Positions 27,113 through 35,716 of a stretch of 64,000 nt of DNA are shown here, one piece after another. The position numbers and the translations under genes were made by a program. The notes under the pieces are model-generated. The model ran no database searches. It was given only the letters and a program-made list of their open reading frames with translations, and was not told where the DNA came from. The stretch lies in the IMG/VR virus record IMGVR_UViG_3300036768_001066; one strand, written 5' to 3'. The first letter of the stretch is position 1. The number at the start of each line of letters is the position of its first letter. This DNA comes from a virus (lineage: Duplodnaviria > Heunggongvirae > Uroviricota > Caudoviricetes).

Positions 27113-28192
27113 TTACGAAAATTCTTCGCCTGTCTCCTTGTATTTCGGGTTAATCACCTTAACTTTCAGCCATGTCCCGTCCTTGGCCCTGCGCACCTCG
27201 TAAGGAGTTATTACAATGCCCTCCTTAATGTGCAGCTCCTGGCCGGACACCTTCTCGTTACCGAGCGCAAGCTTCTTGAGCTCCGGCACGTTCTCGTAAG
27301 GTCCGTCGTACAGAACAGGAACCCAATTCTTTCTGAAGTACTCCGGAAGCTGATCGTAAGGATATGTCTTTCCGTTTATCGTCACACCGAATATCTTCAT
27401 AGTCGGGTTGACGAAACCATACTTCATGGCCTGACAAGGAATACCCTCACCGAACACCTGCACCACCATCTCATCGCCGGAGCTGAGCCCGGCGAGGGCG
27501 GACAGATTGGGCAGCAAGTCCAGTATGTTGGAGAATAACCCTATATCGTTAACCGCCATCCAGTAGAAGTTGGTATCGCTCTCCACAAGGCACAAGCCCT
27601 CGGCGTTGTAGTTCTTGGTAGACACCCACTTTGCCTTAACCTGGTTGTCGTTGTGCACAGAGATGTATGCCACGAGCTGCGACCCGTGCAGCTTCTCCGT
27701 TATCACGACACGCTCCCCGTCCACGAAGTCAGCAGCGTAAACACCGAACTGTTCGACGTCGTGCTTTATCGAGAAGTTGTCGTACTCGATAGGAACCGCC
27801 ACGCCCTCCATCTCGGAAGGAACCCTCGGCACGTACTTGGTTATACCAAGAATCTCCGACAGGTCCTCGTCGTTAGGCAGCTCGCTTATGTGCTTACCGC
27901 ACTGCGCGAACACAAGCTCGTTAGGTATGATGATACCACAAGATAGCTCACCTCTCAAACGAATAGAACCAACCCTGTTCTTATCAGGACCGTGCAGGTA
28001 GTTCTTGTACTCCTTCTCAAGCTCACCGTTCAGGATGGACTTCTCGGGAGCGAATACCACGTCCTCACCACCGTTGTACAGTCCCTTCTGCACAACTACC
28101 TGGTATGTGCCAATCTTTCCGATTTGCAGTTTCGCCGCATCCGGGTGATCGAACACCTCAATCTTTGTCTTTATTACTTTCCAATTGCTCAT
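27113..28192 (-). CDS. ATP-dependent RNA ligase (Rnl2-like nucleotidyltransferase) with N-terminal extension
   Basis: Motif I VITEKLHGSQLV (KxHG, compare T4 Rnl2 EKIHGTNFS). Confidence 0.55.
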   Translation of the reverse strand: MSNWKVIKTKIEVFDHPDAAKLQIGKIGTYQVVVQKGLYNGGEDVVFAPEKSILNGELEKEYKNYLHGPDKNRVGSIRLRGELSCGIIIPNELVFAQCGKHISELPNDEDLSEILGITKYVPRVPSEMEGVAVPIEYDNFSIKHDVEQFGVYAADFVDGERVVITEKLHGSQLVAYISVHNDNQVKAKWVSTKNYNAEGLCLVESDTNFYWMAVNDIGLFSNILDLLPNLSALAGLSSGDEMVVQVFGEGIPCQAMKYGFVNPTMKIFGVTINGKTYPYDQLPEYFRKNWVPVLYDGPYENVPELKKLALGNEKVSGQELHIKEGIVITPYEVRRAKDGTWLKVKVINPKYKETGEEFS

Positions 28193-28424
28193 TGTTTACC
28201 TCCTTTTTAATATTGTAAATACCGTATTCTTTTTTCTCAACTTCAAATTCTGCCCGGCACCAATCGCAGCAAAGCTCACCCTTGTGTTCCTTTTCGTACT
28301 CCTCGTAAAAGAAATCGTCGTACTCGATGTTGTGTCCTCCACAACTCGGGCAGTCCCACTCGGCAGTCCCGAGCGCGCACTCCGGCAGGTCGCAGTGCTG
28401 TATGTAAACCATCTCTATATCCAT
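28158..28424 (-). CDS. Small zinc-ribbon protein (88 aa)
   Basis: CDLPEC...CPSCGG...CCDWC cysteine pairs. Confidence 0.45.
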   Translation of the reverse strand: MDIEMVYIQHCDLPECALGTAEWDCPSCGGHNIEYDDFFYEEYEKEHKGELCCDWCRAEFEVEKKEYGIYNIKKEVNNEQLESNKDKD

Positions 28425-28431
28425 AATACTT

Positions 28432-28848
28432 TTACACGTGGAGACCTCCGATGTTCCCCTTATACAGGTCCTTCATCGTAATCCGTTTCCCTGTGACGTG
28501 GTCGATGACGTAGCCGTCCTGGTCCCGGTAGGTCCTGCGCTTGTCGTTGCGCTCTCCGGTGCCTATCTGCGAGTTGCGGATGCCCTGGATCTTGCGGCCC
28601 TCCCCGTTGTCGTGGATGGCCCGCAGCTTGTCCTCCAGGCGTTCCCAGGCCGCGGCCTCGTTCTTCTCGCGCGTCCTGTGCTCCTCCGACCTGACCTGCA
28701 TGCTGGACGGAATATGCGTGAGCACGACGCAAGTCTCGACCTTGTTCACCTTTTGCCCGCCCTTGCCGCCAGACCTGCAGTACTTGCGGTCGACGTCGTT
28801 GCGGTTTAGCACGAAGTTTTGTTGTGGTTTATCGTCCATGACTGCCAC
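28432..28848 (-). CDS. Release-factor-like GGQ-domain protein (ArfB/RF-family peptidyl-tRNA hydrolase)
   Basis: SGGKGGQKVNKVETCVVLTHIP GGQ motif; C-terminal RTYRDQDGYVIDHVTGKRI like RF1/RF2 RTYNF..RVTDHR. Confidence 0.65.
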   Translation of the reverse strand: MAVMDDKPQQNFVLNRNDVDRKYCRSGGKGGQKVNKVETCVVLTHIPSSMQVRSEEHRTREKNEAAAWERLEDKLRAIHDNGEGRKIQGIRNSQIGTGERNDKRRTYRDQDGYVIDHVTGKRITMKDLYKGNIGGLHV

Positions 28849-29181
28849 CGTGACGATGCTCGTCTGGACCCTGCCTCTCTTCTCCGTAGGGGGTATTCGA
28901 GTCCAACGGTGAGAGCCAGATGGCGGCTTTGCGATAAATAGACGTCATTTCTTCTACAAGAAGTTTTGCATCATCTCTACCGGCCGCCGCACGTATCTCA
29001 AGAACTACCGATTCTTTTTTCATGGCTTTTTGTTTTTGTTATTCAATCACGCTGCCACTCGGCAGCACTGTTATCTGCATTTCTATACCGAGCTCACCCT
29101 GGTCGGTGACGAAGAACCGATCCTCCGTCTCAATCTTTATTATCTCCAGCTCCTTGAACTCCATACCGTAATAATTTTTGG

Positions 29182-29254
29182 AGCCGATGACAGGATTCGA
29201 ACCTGCGACTTTCGGTTTACGATACCGACGTTCTACCAGCTGAACTACATCGGC
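29182..29254 (-). tRNA. tRNA-Thr (anticodon CGT)
   Basis: Canonical cloverleaf: GCCGATG/CATCGGC acceptor, TTCGAAT T-loop, loop ATCGTAA. Confidence 0.7.
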
Positions 29255-29363
29255 AAGTTGGTGACCAGCCCCTATTTACGGACTTAAGGCGAGGACGCGC
29301 TCGGATATTTGCCAGGGAAGCATGCTCCCCTTCGGTCACCTCTTAATCTATTTATCTGGATAT

Positions 29364-29753
29364 TTATTCCACCGAGGTCTCAACCCTGTAGTTGAGCAGG
29401 CGGTTAAAACGTTCGTCCATGGAACCACGGTCCGTTTCCGTCGGGGGTATAAAAAGGTGGTCACCGTCGCTAACAGCGTCCTTGCGGAACGGGTTGGTTC
29501 CGATCATTGGGGACGGGTCCGGCTTGAAATCGTTGGCCCTACATTCCTTCTCCTTTGCCTTCACGAAATTAAAGAACTTGTCTATGGCCGCCACCGCCAC
29601 CACATCGCTCGTCATGCTGTCATTGCCGTAATTCTCTGTCACGAACTGATCCTTCAGCTCGCGTAGTCTCTTCATGTTCATTGTGTTCCTGCCTTTCCTG
29701 TCAATTTGTCCTTGAGCGTTCTTCATGTCTATAAGGTTAATTTCTATTCTCAT
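29364..29753 (-). CDS. Hypothetical protein (129 aa)
   Basis: ORF track. Confidence 0.45.
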   Translation of the reverse strand: MRIEINLIDMKNAQGQIDRKGRNTMNMKRLRELKDQFVTENYGNDSMTSDVVAVAAIDKFFNFVKAKEKECRANDFKPDPSPMIGTNPFRKDAVSDGDHLFIPPTETDRGSMDERFNRLLNYRVETSVE

Positions 29754-29989
29754 TCCACCTCCTCATATTTATCAACCAGTTCAACAATTTCATTACCATC
29801 TGTCAAAACAACATCAGGCAATGCTTTACCGTCTTCATCTATTGCAGGCCAAAATACATATCTATGTGGTACTTTTGGCTCATCTGTATAAGGGTGTTTT
29901 GTTGCAAGTCCACGATATTGAATGTAGCCATGTTTTGAATGGTTTACACCATAACCACGTTTCAAATTTTTTACTTTTATATTTTCCAT
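29750..29989 (-). CDS. Hypothetical protein; start placed at MENIKVKNLKRGYG
   Basis: ORF 29750..30043 with the more plausible internal start. Confidence 0.4.
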   Translation of the reverse strand: MENIKVKNLKRGYGVNHSKHGYIQYRGLATKHPYTDEPKVPHRYVFWPAIDEDGKALPDVVLTDGNEIVELVDKYEEVE

Positions 29990-30248
29990 ACGACAAAGAT
30001 ACGTATAAATATCGTAACAACCAAATTTTTTTACAACTACCACGAACCGCTAACAAAATTAGGGCTTAGGGCTGATAACTAAGCACTCAGCCTTTGTGCT
30101 ACTATTTTACTTCGGTGGTTGTATGAACATTAGAGCCTTGAATGCCCCAACTTCATAAACACCCGACCGTTATATTCCAGTTGCGAAAAGCAACCGAAAA
30201 TATAACACGGGCTAAGAAGAAATAAAAACAACCCAGCTCACCTGTGTA

Positions 30249-30446
30249 CTAAATAACTTCCGTCAAAATTCTCCACTCCTTTAGCATATTGCCATCAAAA
30301 GTTGCTTCAATCGGCACACCTTTTAATTTATCAACACTATCAACTTTTGCCTCCTTTAATAATTTTGATAGGTAACGCATAATCTCAGCGTATTGCTTAT
30401 CTCTGTCGGCTTCTGTCCATTTGCAATTTTTGTCCCACTTAATCAT
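30249..30446 (-). CDS. Hypothetical protein (65 aa)
   Basis: ORF track. Confidence 0.35.
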   Translation of the reverse strand: MIKWDKNCKWTEADRDKQYAEIMRYLSKLLKEAKVDSVDKLKGVPIEATFDGNMLKEWRILTEVI

Positions 30447-30701
30447 TTCGGCATCCCAAGCACATTTCCTCCGTGTCCAAAGGTTACGCTTTCAATTTTC
30501 CCTAATTTCTTTTCCATTGTCATTTAGTTTTTAAATTATAAATTCAGAAGCCTTCCCTTCTGTTGTTTTTACTTACTGACAGTAGCTCTCGTAGCGGGGC
30601 AATACCTGAGAATCCTATTAAAAACATATTTTTTCCTTTTTAGTTTTAGTTATCTGTAATCAAACAGTTACTGGCAATATACAAAATTTAGAACTAACTT
30701 G

Positions 30702-30784
30702 TAGCGCTGGCCGGACTCGAACCGGCGATGCGTTTCCGCGCCTCCTTATGAGGGAGGTCCAATACCATCTCTGGTCACAGCGCT
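30702..30784 (-). tRNA. tRNA-like, anticodon CAT, long variable arm, possible 8-bp acceptor
   Basis: Stem CCTCC/GGAGG, loop CTCATAA; variable CGCGGAAACGCATC; T-arm GCCGG TTCGAGT CCGGC. Confidence 0.45.
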
Positions 30785-31041
30785 AAGTCTTCCCTCACAA
30801 TTCTCTCGATCAGGTCAACGTCCAGCTCCTTGAGCACGGTCTCGTTGCCGTTCTCGTCAGTGGTCTTCGTCCTGCGCCAGATGCGGTCGCCGAGTTTCTG
30901 CCTGGTGACTATCCGGTACTGAGAGTGCGGTTCCGCCGGGAAGAGCGTAACACACAGAGAGCCGAGGCGAGTGTAGTGCACCCAGATCCTCCTGAAATTC
31001 ACGAGCCGCTCTCTGAGCTCGCGTTCTACGTTACATTCCAT
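30775..31041 (-). CDS. Hypothetical protein (88 aa) between tRNA genes
   Basis: ORF track. Confidence 0.35.
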   Translation of the reverse strand: MECNVERELRERLVNFRRIWVHYTRLGSLCVTLFPAEPHSQYRIVTRQKLGDRIWRRTKTTDENGNETVLKELDVDLIERIVREDLAL

Positions 31042-31054
31042 CGTTCATACATTT

Positions 31055-31145
31055 TGGTTGCCCCGGTGGGATTCGAACCCACGTTGGAAGTTACCTTCTC
31101 CGGATTAAGAGTCCGGTACTTTCGGCCAGCTAAGCGAACGGGGCA
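31055..31145 (-). tRNA. tRNA-like, anticodon CTT by loop CTCTTAA, long variable arm, CCA encoded
   Basis: Acceptor TGCCCCG/CGGGGCA, T-arm GTGGG TTCGAAT CCCAC, variable AGAAGGTAACTTCCAAC. Confidence 0.45.
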
Positions 31146-31157
31146 GTTTAAATTTTG

Positions 31158-31245
31158 TGCGCCCGGCAGGATTCGAACCTGCGATGGTGGTTACCCCACT
31201 CCACATTAAAAGTGTGGTGCTCTCGGCCAACTGAGCAACAGACGC
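31158..31245 (-). tRNA. tRNA-like, anticodon TTT, long variable arm (88 nt)
   Basis: D-arm GCTCAGTTGGCCGAGAGC, stem CCACA/TGTGG, loop CTTTTAA, variable AGTGGGGTAACCACCATC, T-arm GCAGG TTCGAAT CCTGC. Confidence 0.5.
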
Positions 31246-31269
31246 AAAATTTTACTTCGTTCTTATTTG

Positions 31270-31342
31270 TGCGCCCGTCTGGAGTCGAACCAGACCTGAA
31301 TGGTTAAAAGCCATTTGCCTACAACCGGTTTGCTACGAGCGC
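31270..31342 (-). tRNA. tRNA-Lys (anticodon TTT), 73 nt, weak D-stem
   Basis: Stem AATGG/CCATT, loop CTTTTAA, T-arm TCTGG TTCGACT CCAGA. Confidence 0.55.
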
Positions 31343-31491
31343 ATGATTGATGCCTCGCAGTCAGCAAGGCGTTACCGTTTATATTTTCGTTTCTGCTTCA
31401 TTTTCGTTTCTTAAATTTTTTGGCTCCCATGATTAACGACCTTTGGGTATTAGTATCCGAAACGGTCATGCGGATCTGCCATTATTTTTTG

Positions 31492-31573
31492 AGCCTGAGG
31501 AGGGATTCGAACCCCCGTTGTTTGAGTTCCTGCTTACAAGGCAGGCGCAGTCGACCACTGATGCCACTCAGGC
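31492..31573 (-). tRNA. tRNA-Thr (anticodon TGT) with extended 12-nt variable region
   Basis: Acceptor GCCTGAG/CTCAGGC, stem CCTGC/GCAGG, loop CTTGTAA. Confidence 0.55.
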
Positions 31574-31761
31574 AATTTACATTCTTCTCTTAATGCCCGT
31601 ATGCTCAAGATAAGTTGTTATCGAGAACTGTACAGACGGTTTAAATTTTCCGCCCATTATCTTGCAATAATAATCGGACATAGCGTTCAATTTATATTCG
31701 ACAGGTTTATCTATCTCGTATAGTTCGACCTGCCTCGTTTTTATCTCTCTTGTCTTCATCG

Positions 31762-31834
31762 AGCTACCGGCGGGGATCGAACCCGCGACCTCGTCCTTAC
31801 CAAGGACGTGTTCCACCGACTGAACTACAGCAGC
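31762..31834 (-). tRNA. tRNA-Thr (anticodon GGT)
   Basis: D-arm GTTCAGTCGGTGGAAC, stem CGTCC/GGACG, loop TTGGTAA, T-arm GCGGG TTCGATC CCCGC. Confidence 0.65.
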
Positions 31835-31924
31835 ATAATGAACAGGTGAAATATCGATGCAGTGTGAGATTCTGCTTCTTCTTTCATAGGACGATTGGCA
31901 TAACCCCAATCATCTTGTTCACTG

Positions 31925-31998
31925 AGCATGTAGTCGGGATCGAACCGACTCTGTTCCAGCTTGGAAGGCTGGCGCACCACCACTTATGCGTTACATGC
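31925..31998 (-). tRNA. tRNA-Gly (anticodon TCC)
   Basis: Acceptor GCATGTA/TACATGC, stem CCAGC/GCTGG, loop CTTCCAA. Confidence 0.6.
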
Positions 31999-32091
31999 AA
32001 AATACGTTCTCTCCACTTGCTACCTCCAACTGGTCCCAGGTTCAGCGGTTAAGAGTCAGGTACATCTCATAGTCACCCAGAGAGAACGTGG

Positions 32092-32178
32092 AGCGGGTAG
32101 TGAGATTCGAACTCACGATCTGACCTTATCTGACCAGCTTGGAAGGCTGGTGCGATGGACCAACTACGCGACACCCGC
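32092..32178 (-). tRNA. tRNA-like, anticodon TCC, long variable arm; anticodon arm identical to the canonical tRNA-Gly(TCC) next to it
   Basis: CCAGCCTTCCAAGCTGG followed by TCAGATAAGGTCAGATC, then T-arm GTGAG TTCGAAT CTCAC. Confidence 0.45.
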
Positions 32179-32264
32179 AAATATTTTAGACAGGGACTGA
32201 AGGGAATTTTCACCTTGGCTCCGGCGGCCTTTCGGTCTCACGATCTACATCAGTTTGTCCTTTG

Positions 32265-32336
32265 TAACGGAGGGCAGAATCGAACTGCCGGGGTCCAGGC
32301 TTATGAGACCAGAAGGTTACCAACAACCTCTCCGCA
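32265..32336 (-). tRNA. tRNA-like, probable anticodon CAT, irregular acceptor and anticodon stems
   Basis: T-arm GGCAG TTCGATT CTGCC; loop CTCATAA with a T-T mismatch in the stem. Confidence 0.35.
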
Positions 32337-32529
32337 ATGTTCAGCGGTTCTCCTGGACCCTATTACCAGGATTTACTTTGGATTGTCGAGTTCTAAATTT
32401 CTCAATAATGAACGACGACAACAGAACCACTTAATGTGGCGGACAAGTGAGATAATGACCTTGTGCGAGATTCGAGGTCCTCTCTCATTGGGTGATCGGT
32501 ATCGCAACCCCGACCATTCTTGTCCACTG

Positions 32530-32602
32530 AGCGGGGGACGGGATTCGAACCCGCGACCTTCACCTTGGCAAGGTGACGCTCTACCAACTGAGCTACTCCC
32601 GC
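32530..32602 (-). tRNA. tRNA-Gly (anticodon GCC)
   Basis: GCGGGAG TA GCTCAGTTGGTAGAGC, stem TCACC/GGTGA, loop TTGCCAA. Confidence 0.7.
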
Positions 32603-32716
32603 ATGAACACCGATTCCTGTCTTCCTCACTGCCTCGGTGTACCACAGCAGTGTCATTCCCTAATTGGAGCCGAGGGGCAGCCCGCCGGCTGTGCGTTCCC
32701 TTTCAACTCGGCATTT

Positions 32717-32797
32717 GTGCGGGAGGAGGACTCGAACCTCCGAGGCTTGCGCATAGGATCATGAGTCCTACCTGATACCATCTTCAGTCACCCCGCA
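32717..32797 (-). tRNA. tRNA-like, anticodon CAT, extended 12-nt variable region
   Basis: Stem TAGGA/TCCTA, loop CTCATGA, T-arm GGAGG TTCGAGT CCTCC. Confidence 0.45.
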
Positions 32798-32821
32798 ATA
32801 TTTTGGTCGCCAGACCTTTTG

Positions 32822-32893
32822 TGCACCCGGAAGGACTCGAACCTTCAACCTACCGGTTAAGAGCCGGGAGCTCTACCATTGAGCTACGGATGC
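32822..32893 (-). tRNA. tRNA-Lys (anticodon CTT)
   Basis: GCATCCG TA GCTCAATGGTAGAGC, loop CTCTTAA, T-arm GAAGG TTCGAGT CCTTC. Confidence 0.6.
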
Positions 32894-33156
32894 GTATAAA
32901 AACAAAAAATCCCGGTTGTTTTAACCGGGATTTTAGGAATCTTGTATACTGTTCAGCACATCATGACTCGCAAATCCCGGAGAATACTTTACCATCCTTC
33001 TTCGTTGTGAAGGTGGTCCCTGTGTACATCCCTTTTGTTATTGTTGCGAACATTTTCTGCTGTATTAAAGTTTTACGTTATATCCTATATATCCTATTTG
33101 TTTCGGATTCTGAAGCAAAATTACGAAAATAATCTGTTCCGTTGTACACGCCCCGT

Positions 33157-33897
33157 CTAAAATTTTTCCACAGACAGTTTATTTATCTCAAAGAGGTGCC
33201 CGTTGTTATGTATGTTCTTGAATTTGACACCGTCAAAAACAGACTTACCGAAGCTGCACACCGCAGCATTTATGAATGTTGTGTCGCAATGCTGTATATT
33301 CAGAGCGCCGCTATTTGGGCAGTTCTCCTCTGGGTGTATGTGACCGAACACGTGGTACCTCGGTTTTTTCCTGGCTATCGCGCGCAACATATCTTTGCAC
33401 CCGCACTGGAAGAATGACTGACCATCCGCGCCAGCCCTCGTGTCGTACTGCGTAAGGTCGAGTATTCCCTTGGGAGGGCCGTGCGTTATCAGTATGTCGA
33501 GACCTTCTGGAATATCGTCCCAATACGAGGAGATGCACCCGCGCGGCACATTGAATGCCCAGTCCTTCCCAAATTGCGGGGTGTACGGGCTGCCGAATAT
33601 CTTGAGTCCGCCGACCTCTGCGTATTCGTGCTCGAGATAAGTTATGGACTCATGTATGTCCCCTCTCGTGACGAGTCCCTTCTCTATGGACGTATCATGG
33701 TTGCCGGCAATAAGCACCTTGTACTTGATATGCGTGAGTGACTTGTACCACTCGAGGAAATCGCGTACCTCGTTGTTGTTGACGGCCGGTTCCTTCGAGT
33801 TGGACATGTCCCCGGCATGTATGGCCATATCAACCCCGTCTGGTATATCCAGAAACATGTGCTTGCAATGTGTGTCGCTTATGAACCAGACTTTCAT
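33157..33897 (-). CDS. Calcineurin-like metallophosphoesterase
   Basis: ISDTHCKH, HAGDM, GNHD, ITHGPP, GHIH motifs. Confidence 0.75.
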   Translation of the reverse strand: MKVWFISDTHCKHMFLDIPDGVDMAIHAGDMSNSKEPAVNNNEVRDFLEWYKSLTHIKYKVLIAGNHDTSIEKGLVTRGDIHESITYLEHEYAEVGGLKIFGSPYTPQFGKDWAFNVPRGCISSYWDDIPEGLDILITHGPPKGILDLTQYDTRAGADGQSFFQCGCKDMLRAIARKKPRYHVFGHIHPEENCPNSGALNIQHCDTTFINAAVCSFGKSVFDGVKFKNIHNNGHLFEINKLSVEKF

Positions 33898-34236
33898 TTT
33901 ATTTTCTCCTCAATCAACTCGATGTAGCTACCATACTCCGCGATCTCCTCTGCGCTGTAACCTTTGCTCTTGAAGTTATTTTGCCATCGAGTATTTTATA
34001 ATGTTATGTTTTTTATTATGTGTGTGGGGTCCAGGTGCTGTGATAATTTTAACCCTGGCACCCTAAGCTCCAGTAGACACGCCACTCTATAAAGTTCCGG
34101 TTCGCGAGCATCCCATGTGTAGCATAGGTCTTGCGCCATCTCTATAGCAGCCGCCTCGTAAGTAGGTCACACAGAAGGAATCTTGTCCTCTATGCCAGCG
34201 TACTTATATAGTTTATTTGTTTCTCCGTTAATTCCA

Positions 34237-34539
34237 TCATCTCCAATCCGCATTAGGTTGGTTGAACTCCGGACGTTCGTCAGGATCTGGATGCGCTATA
34301 CGATCGCCGTATTCCTCGCGCCACTTGTCCTGGTTCTCCATGAGATACTTCCAGTTATACATAGTAGTACCAGGCCTCTCTTTGATGCCGACCATAGTGT
34401 AGTTGTAGTGGTCTTCTGGCAAATGCGTACTGTGTTCTATCTTGTTGATGGTGGCAAGGCCACCCTCGAAATCGTCCGCACCCCTGTAAACATACAGCGA
34501 GGTGGGCACGTAAATTTTCTGTCCTTCTTCCGGCTTCAT
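34237..34539 (-). CDS. Hypothetical protein (100 aa)
   Basis: ORF track. Confidence 0.45.
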   Translation of the reverse strand: MKPEEGQKIYVPTSLYVYRGADDFEGGLATINKIEHSTHLPEDHYNYTMVGIKERPGTTMYNWKYLMENQDKWREEYGDRIAHPDPDERPEFNQPNADWR

Positions 34540-34787
34540 GATTTAACGAATACCCCTGTTAATTTTGTCAGAGCGGTCCACAGTCCCCACAGGATAAGGA
34601 ATGTGTCTATTATAGGCCACCCTAACGAGAACGCAGTGTACGCCTGGACGTTGCCGTCCCAGTCGTCGCAATTAGAATAGTCCTTGGGGGCGCTGTAATC
34701 GAACCCCATCGCCTTGCCGAACGTGGCGAACAACGCGACATTCAAGACGAACCCTATTATGTATGTGATGATGATAATTAACACCAT
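34536..34787 (-). CDS. Small membrane protein (83 aa)
   Basis: ORF track; two hydrophobic helices. Confidence 0.4.
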   Translation of the reverse strand: MVLIIIITYIIGFVLNVALFATFGKAMGFDYSAPKDYSNCDDWDGNVQAYTAFSLGWPIIDTFLILWGLWTALTKLTGVFVKS

Positions 34788-34811
34788 AGTTTAATTTTAA
34801 TTTTTTATAGG

Positions 34812-35090
34812 TCATGGTAACATGGCCTTTTTTATTTGAAATCTGCTCGGATGACACCAGTGGACACTATCTCCGTTTGGGAGATGCGTATCACACTTGT
34901 AGCAACGGATCCAGTTGTAAACTGACTTGAGTCCCACATCGATGTGCGTTTGTCCGCACTCGCATACGTGCACGTTCTTTGCTTCGTAATCCTTGTCCAT
35001 CTCGAGCGGCGGTGCCACCTCATTCCCGGTAAGTGGCGCAGTGTTCTTGCACACCAGCGAATCGTTTATTTTTATTTCTGGCTGTTCCAT
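34812..35090 (-). CDS. Small zinc-finger protein (92 aa)
   Basis: CECGQTH ... CYKCDTHL cysteine motifs. Confidence 0.45.
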   Translation of the reverse strand: MEQPEIKINDSLVCKNTAPLTGNEVAPPLEMDKDYEAKNVHVCECGQTHIDVGLKSVYNWIRCYKCDTHLPNGDSVHWCHPSRFQIKKAMLP

Positions 35091-35100
35091 GTCTCATATT

Positions 35101-35607
35101 TTAAAATAAAGGTTTTATGTTTGCCACTGGTTTGCCGAGCAGCTCCGGGTACTTGGAACCCCAGTACGCCCTCACGCCCATGAGTACTATGCCCAGGTTA
35201 TTTTCTCCTTTGCCATTGCACACACCCCAATAGGTATCGTTCCAGTGGTTTGTCTCCTCGAGGTGGCGCTTGCCAGTTGCAAGCAACTCACGACGCAATT
35301 CGATATTACGGTAGAACTTTTCGAACACGATGACGCTCATCACGTCGAACTTTATCCTGGACCAGTCATCGCGAATGGTTACGATCCTGCCGTTCTTCTT
35401 TGCTTCACCAGCCGTACAGTTCAGGAACATAGTCATTCTGGTGGGCTGGTCCTCTGTCTTAGCGGCCTGATATGCGTGTTCGCTCGACGGGTACTTGATG
35501 CCCTCGAAATAAACCGGTGTCATGAAGAAATTGGACAGGAACCTGTACTTCCCGTCGAAGCCCTTTACGTTATAGTCGTCGTGCACTATGTAGCTCTTGT
35601 CGATCAT
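35101..35607 (-). CDS. NADAR (YbiA/DUF1768) domain protein
   Basis: FLSNFF, SSEHAYQAAK, DTYWGVCNGKGENNLGIVLMGVR match the YbiA FSNF / SEHYFQAQK / DxYWG..GKG.N.LG..LM..R signature. Confidence 0.7.
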   Translation of the reverse strand: MIDKSYIVHDDYNVKGFDGKYRFLSNFFMTPVYFEGIKYPSSEHAYQAAKTEDQPTRMTMFLNCTAGEAKKNGRIVTIRDDWSRIKFDVMSVIVFEKFYRNIELRRELLATGKRHLEETNHWNDTYWGVCNGKGENNLGIVLMGVRAYWGSKYPELLGKPVANIKPLF

Positions 35608-35716
35608 CCTGTCCGTCTGTCCTCCTTAATTTTTATTGACATTTTCTTCTTCGGTTTTAAAGTTATTCCTCCTCCGCTTGGTCTCGTTGCCGTTGTCAAG
35701 AATAATCACATAGGCA

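Noticed and set aside
27113-28192. Calling the Rnl2-like protein a DNA ligase or capping enzyme
   Set aside because: Motif I KLHG with downstream context matches Rnl2-type RNA ligases better than DNA ligases (KxDGxR); it is still flagged at moderate confidence only.
30005-30012. Exact T4 late-promoter consensus TATAAATA on the plus strand
   Set aside because: No plus-strand gene follows it; the minus-strand copy of the same region overlaps the start of gene 29750..29989 and is probably coding.
31577-31909. ORF 31577..31909 and other ORFs spanning the tRNA arrays (31750..32052, 32155..32775, 51052..51742, etc.)
   Set aside because: They overlap multiple tRNA genes and translate tRNA sequence; they are spurious.
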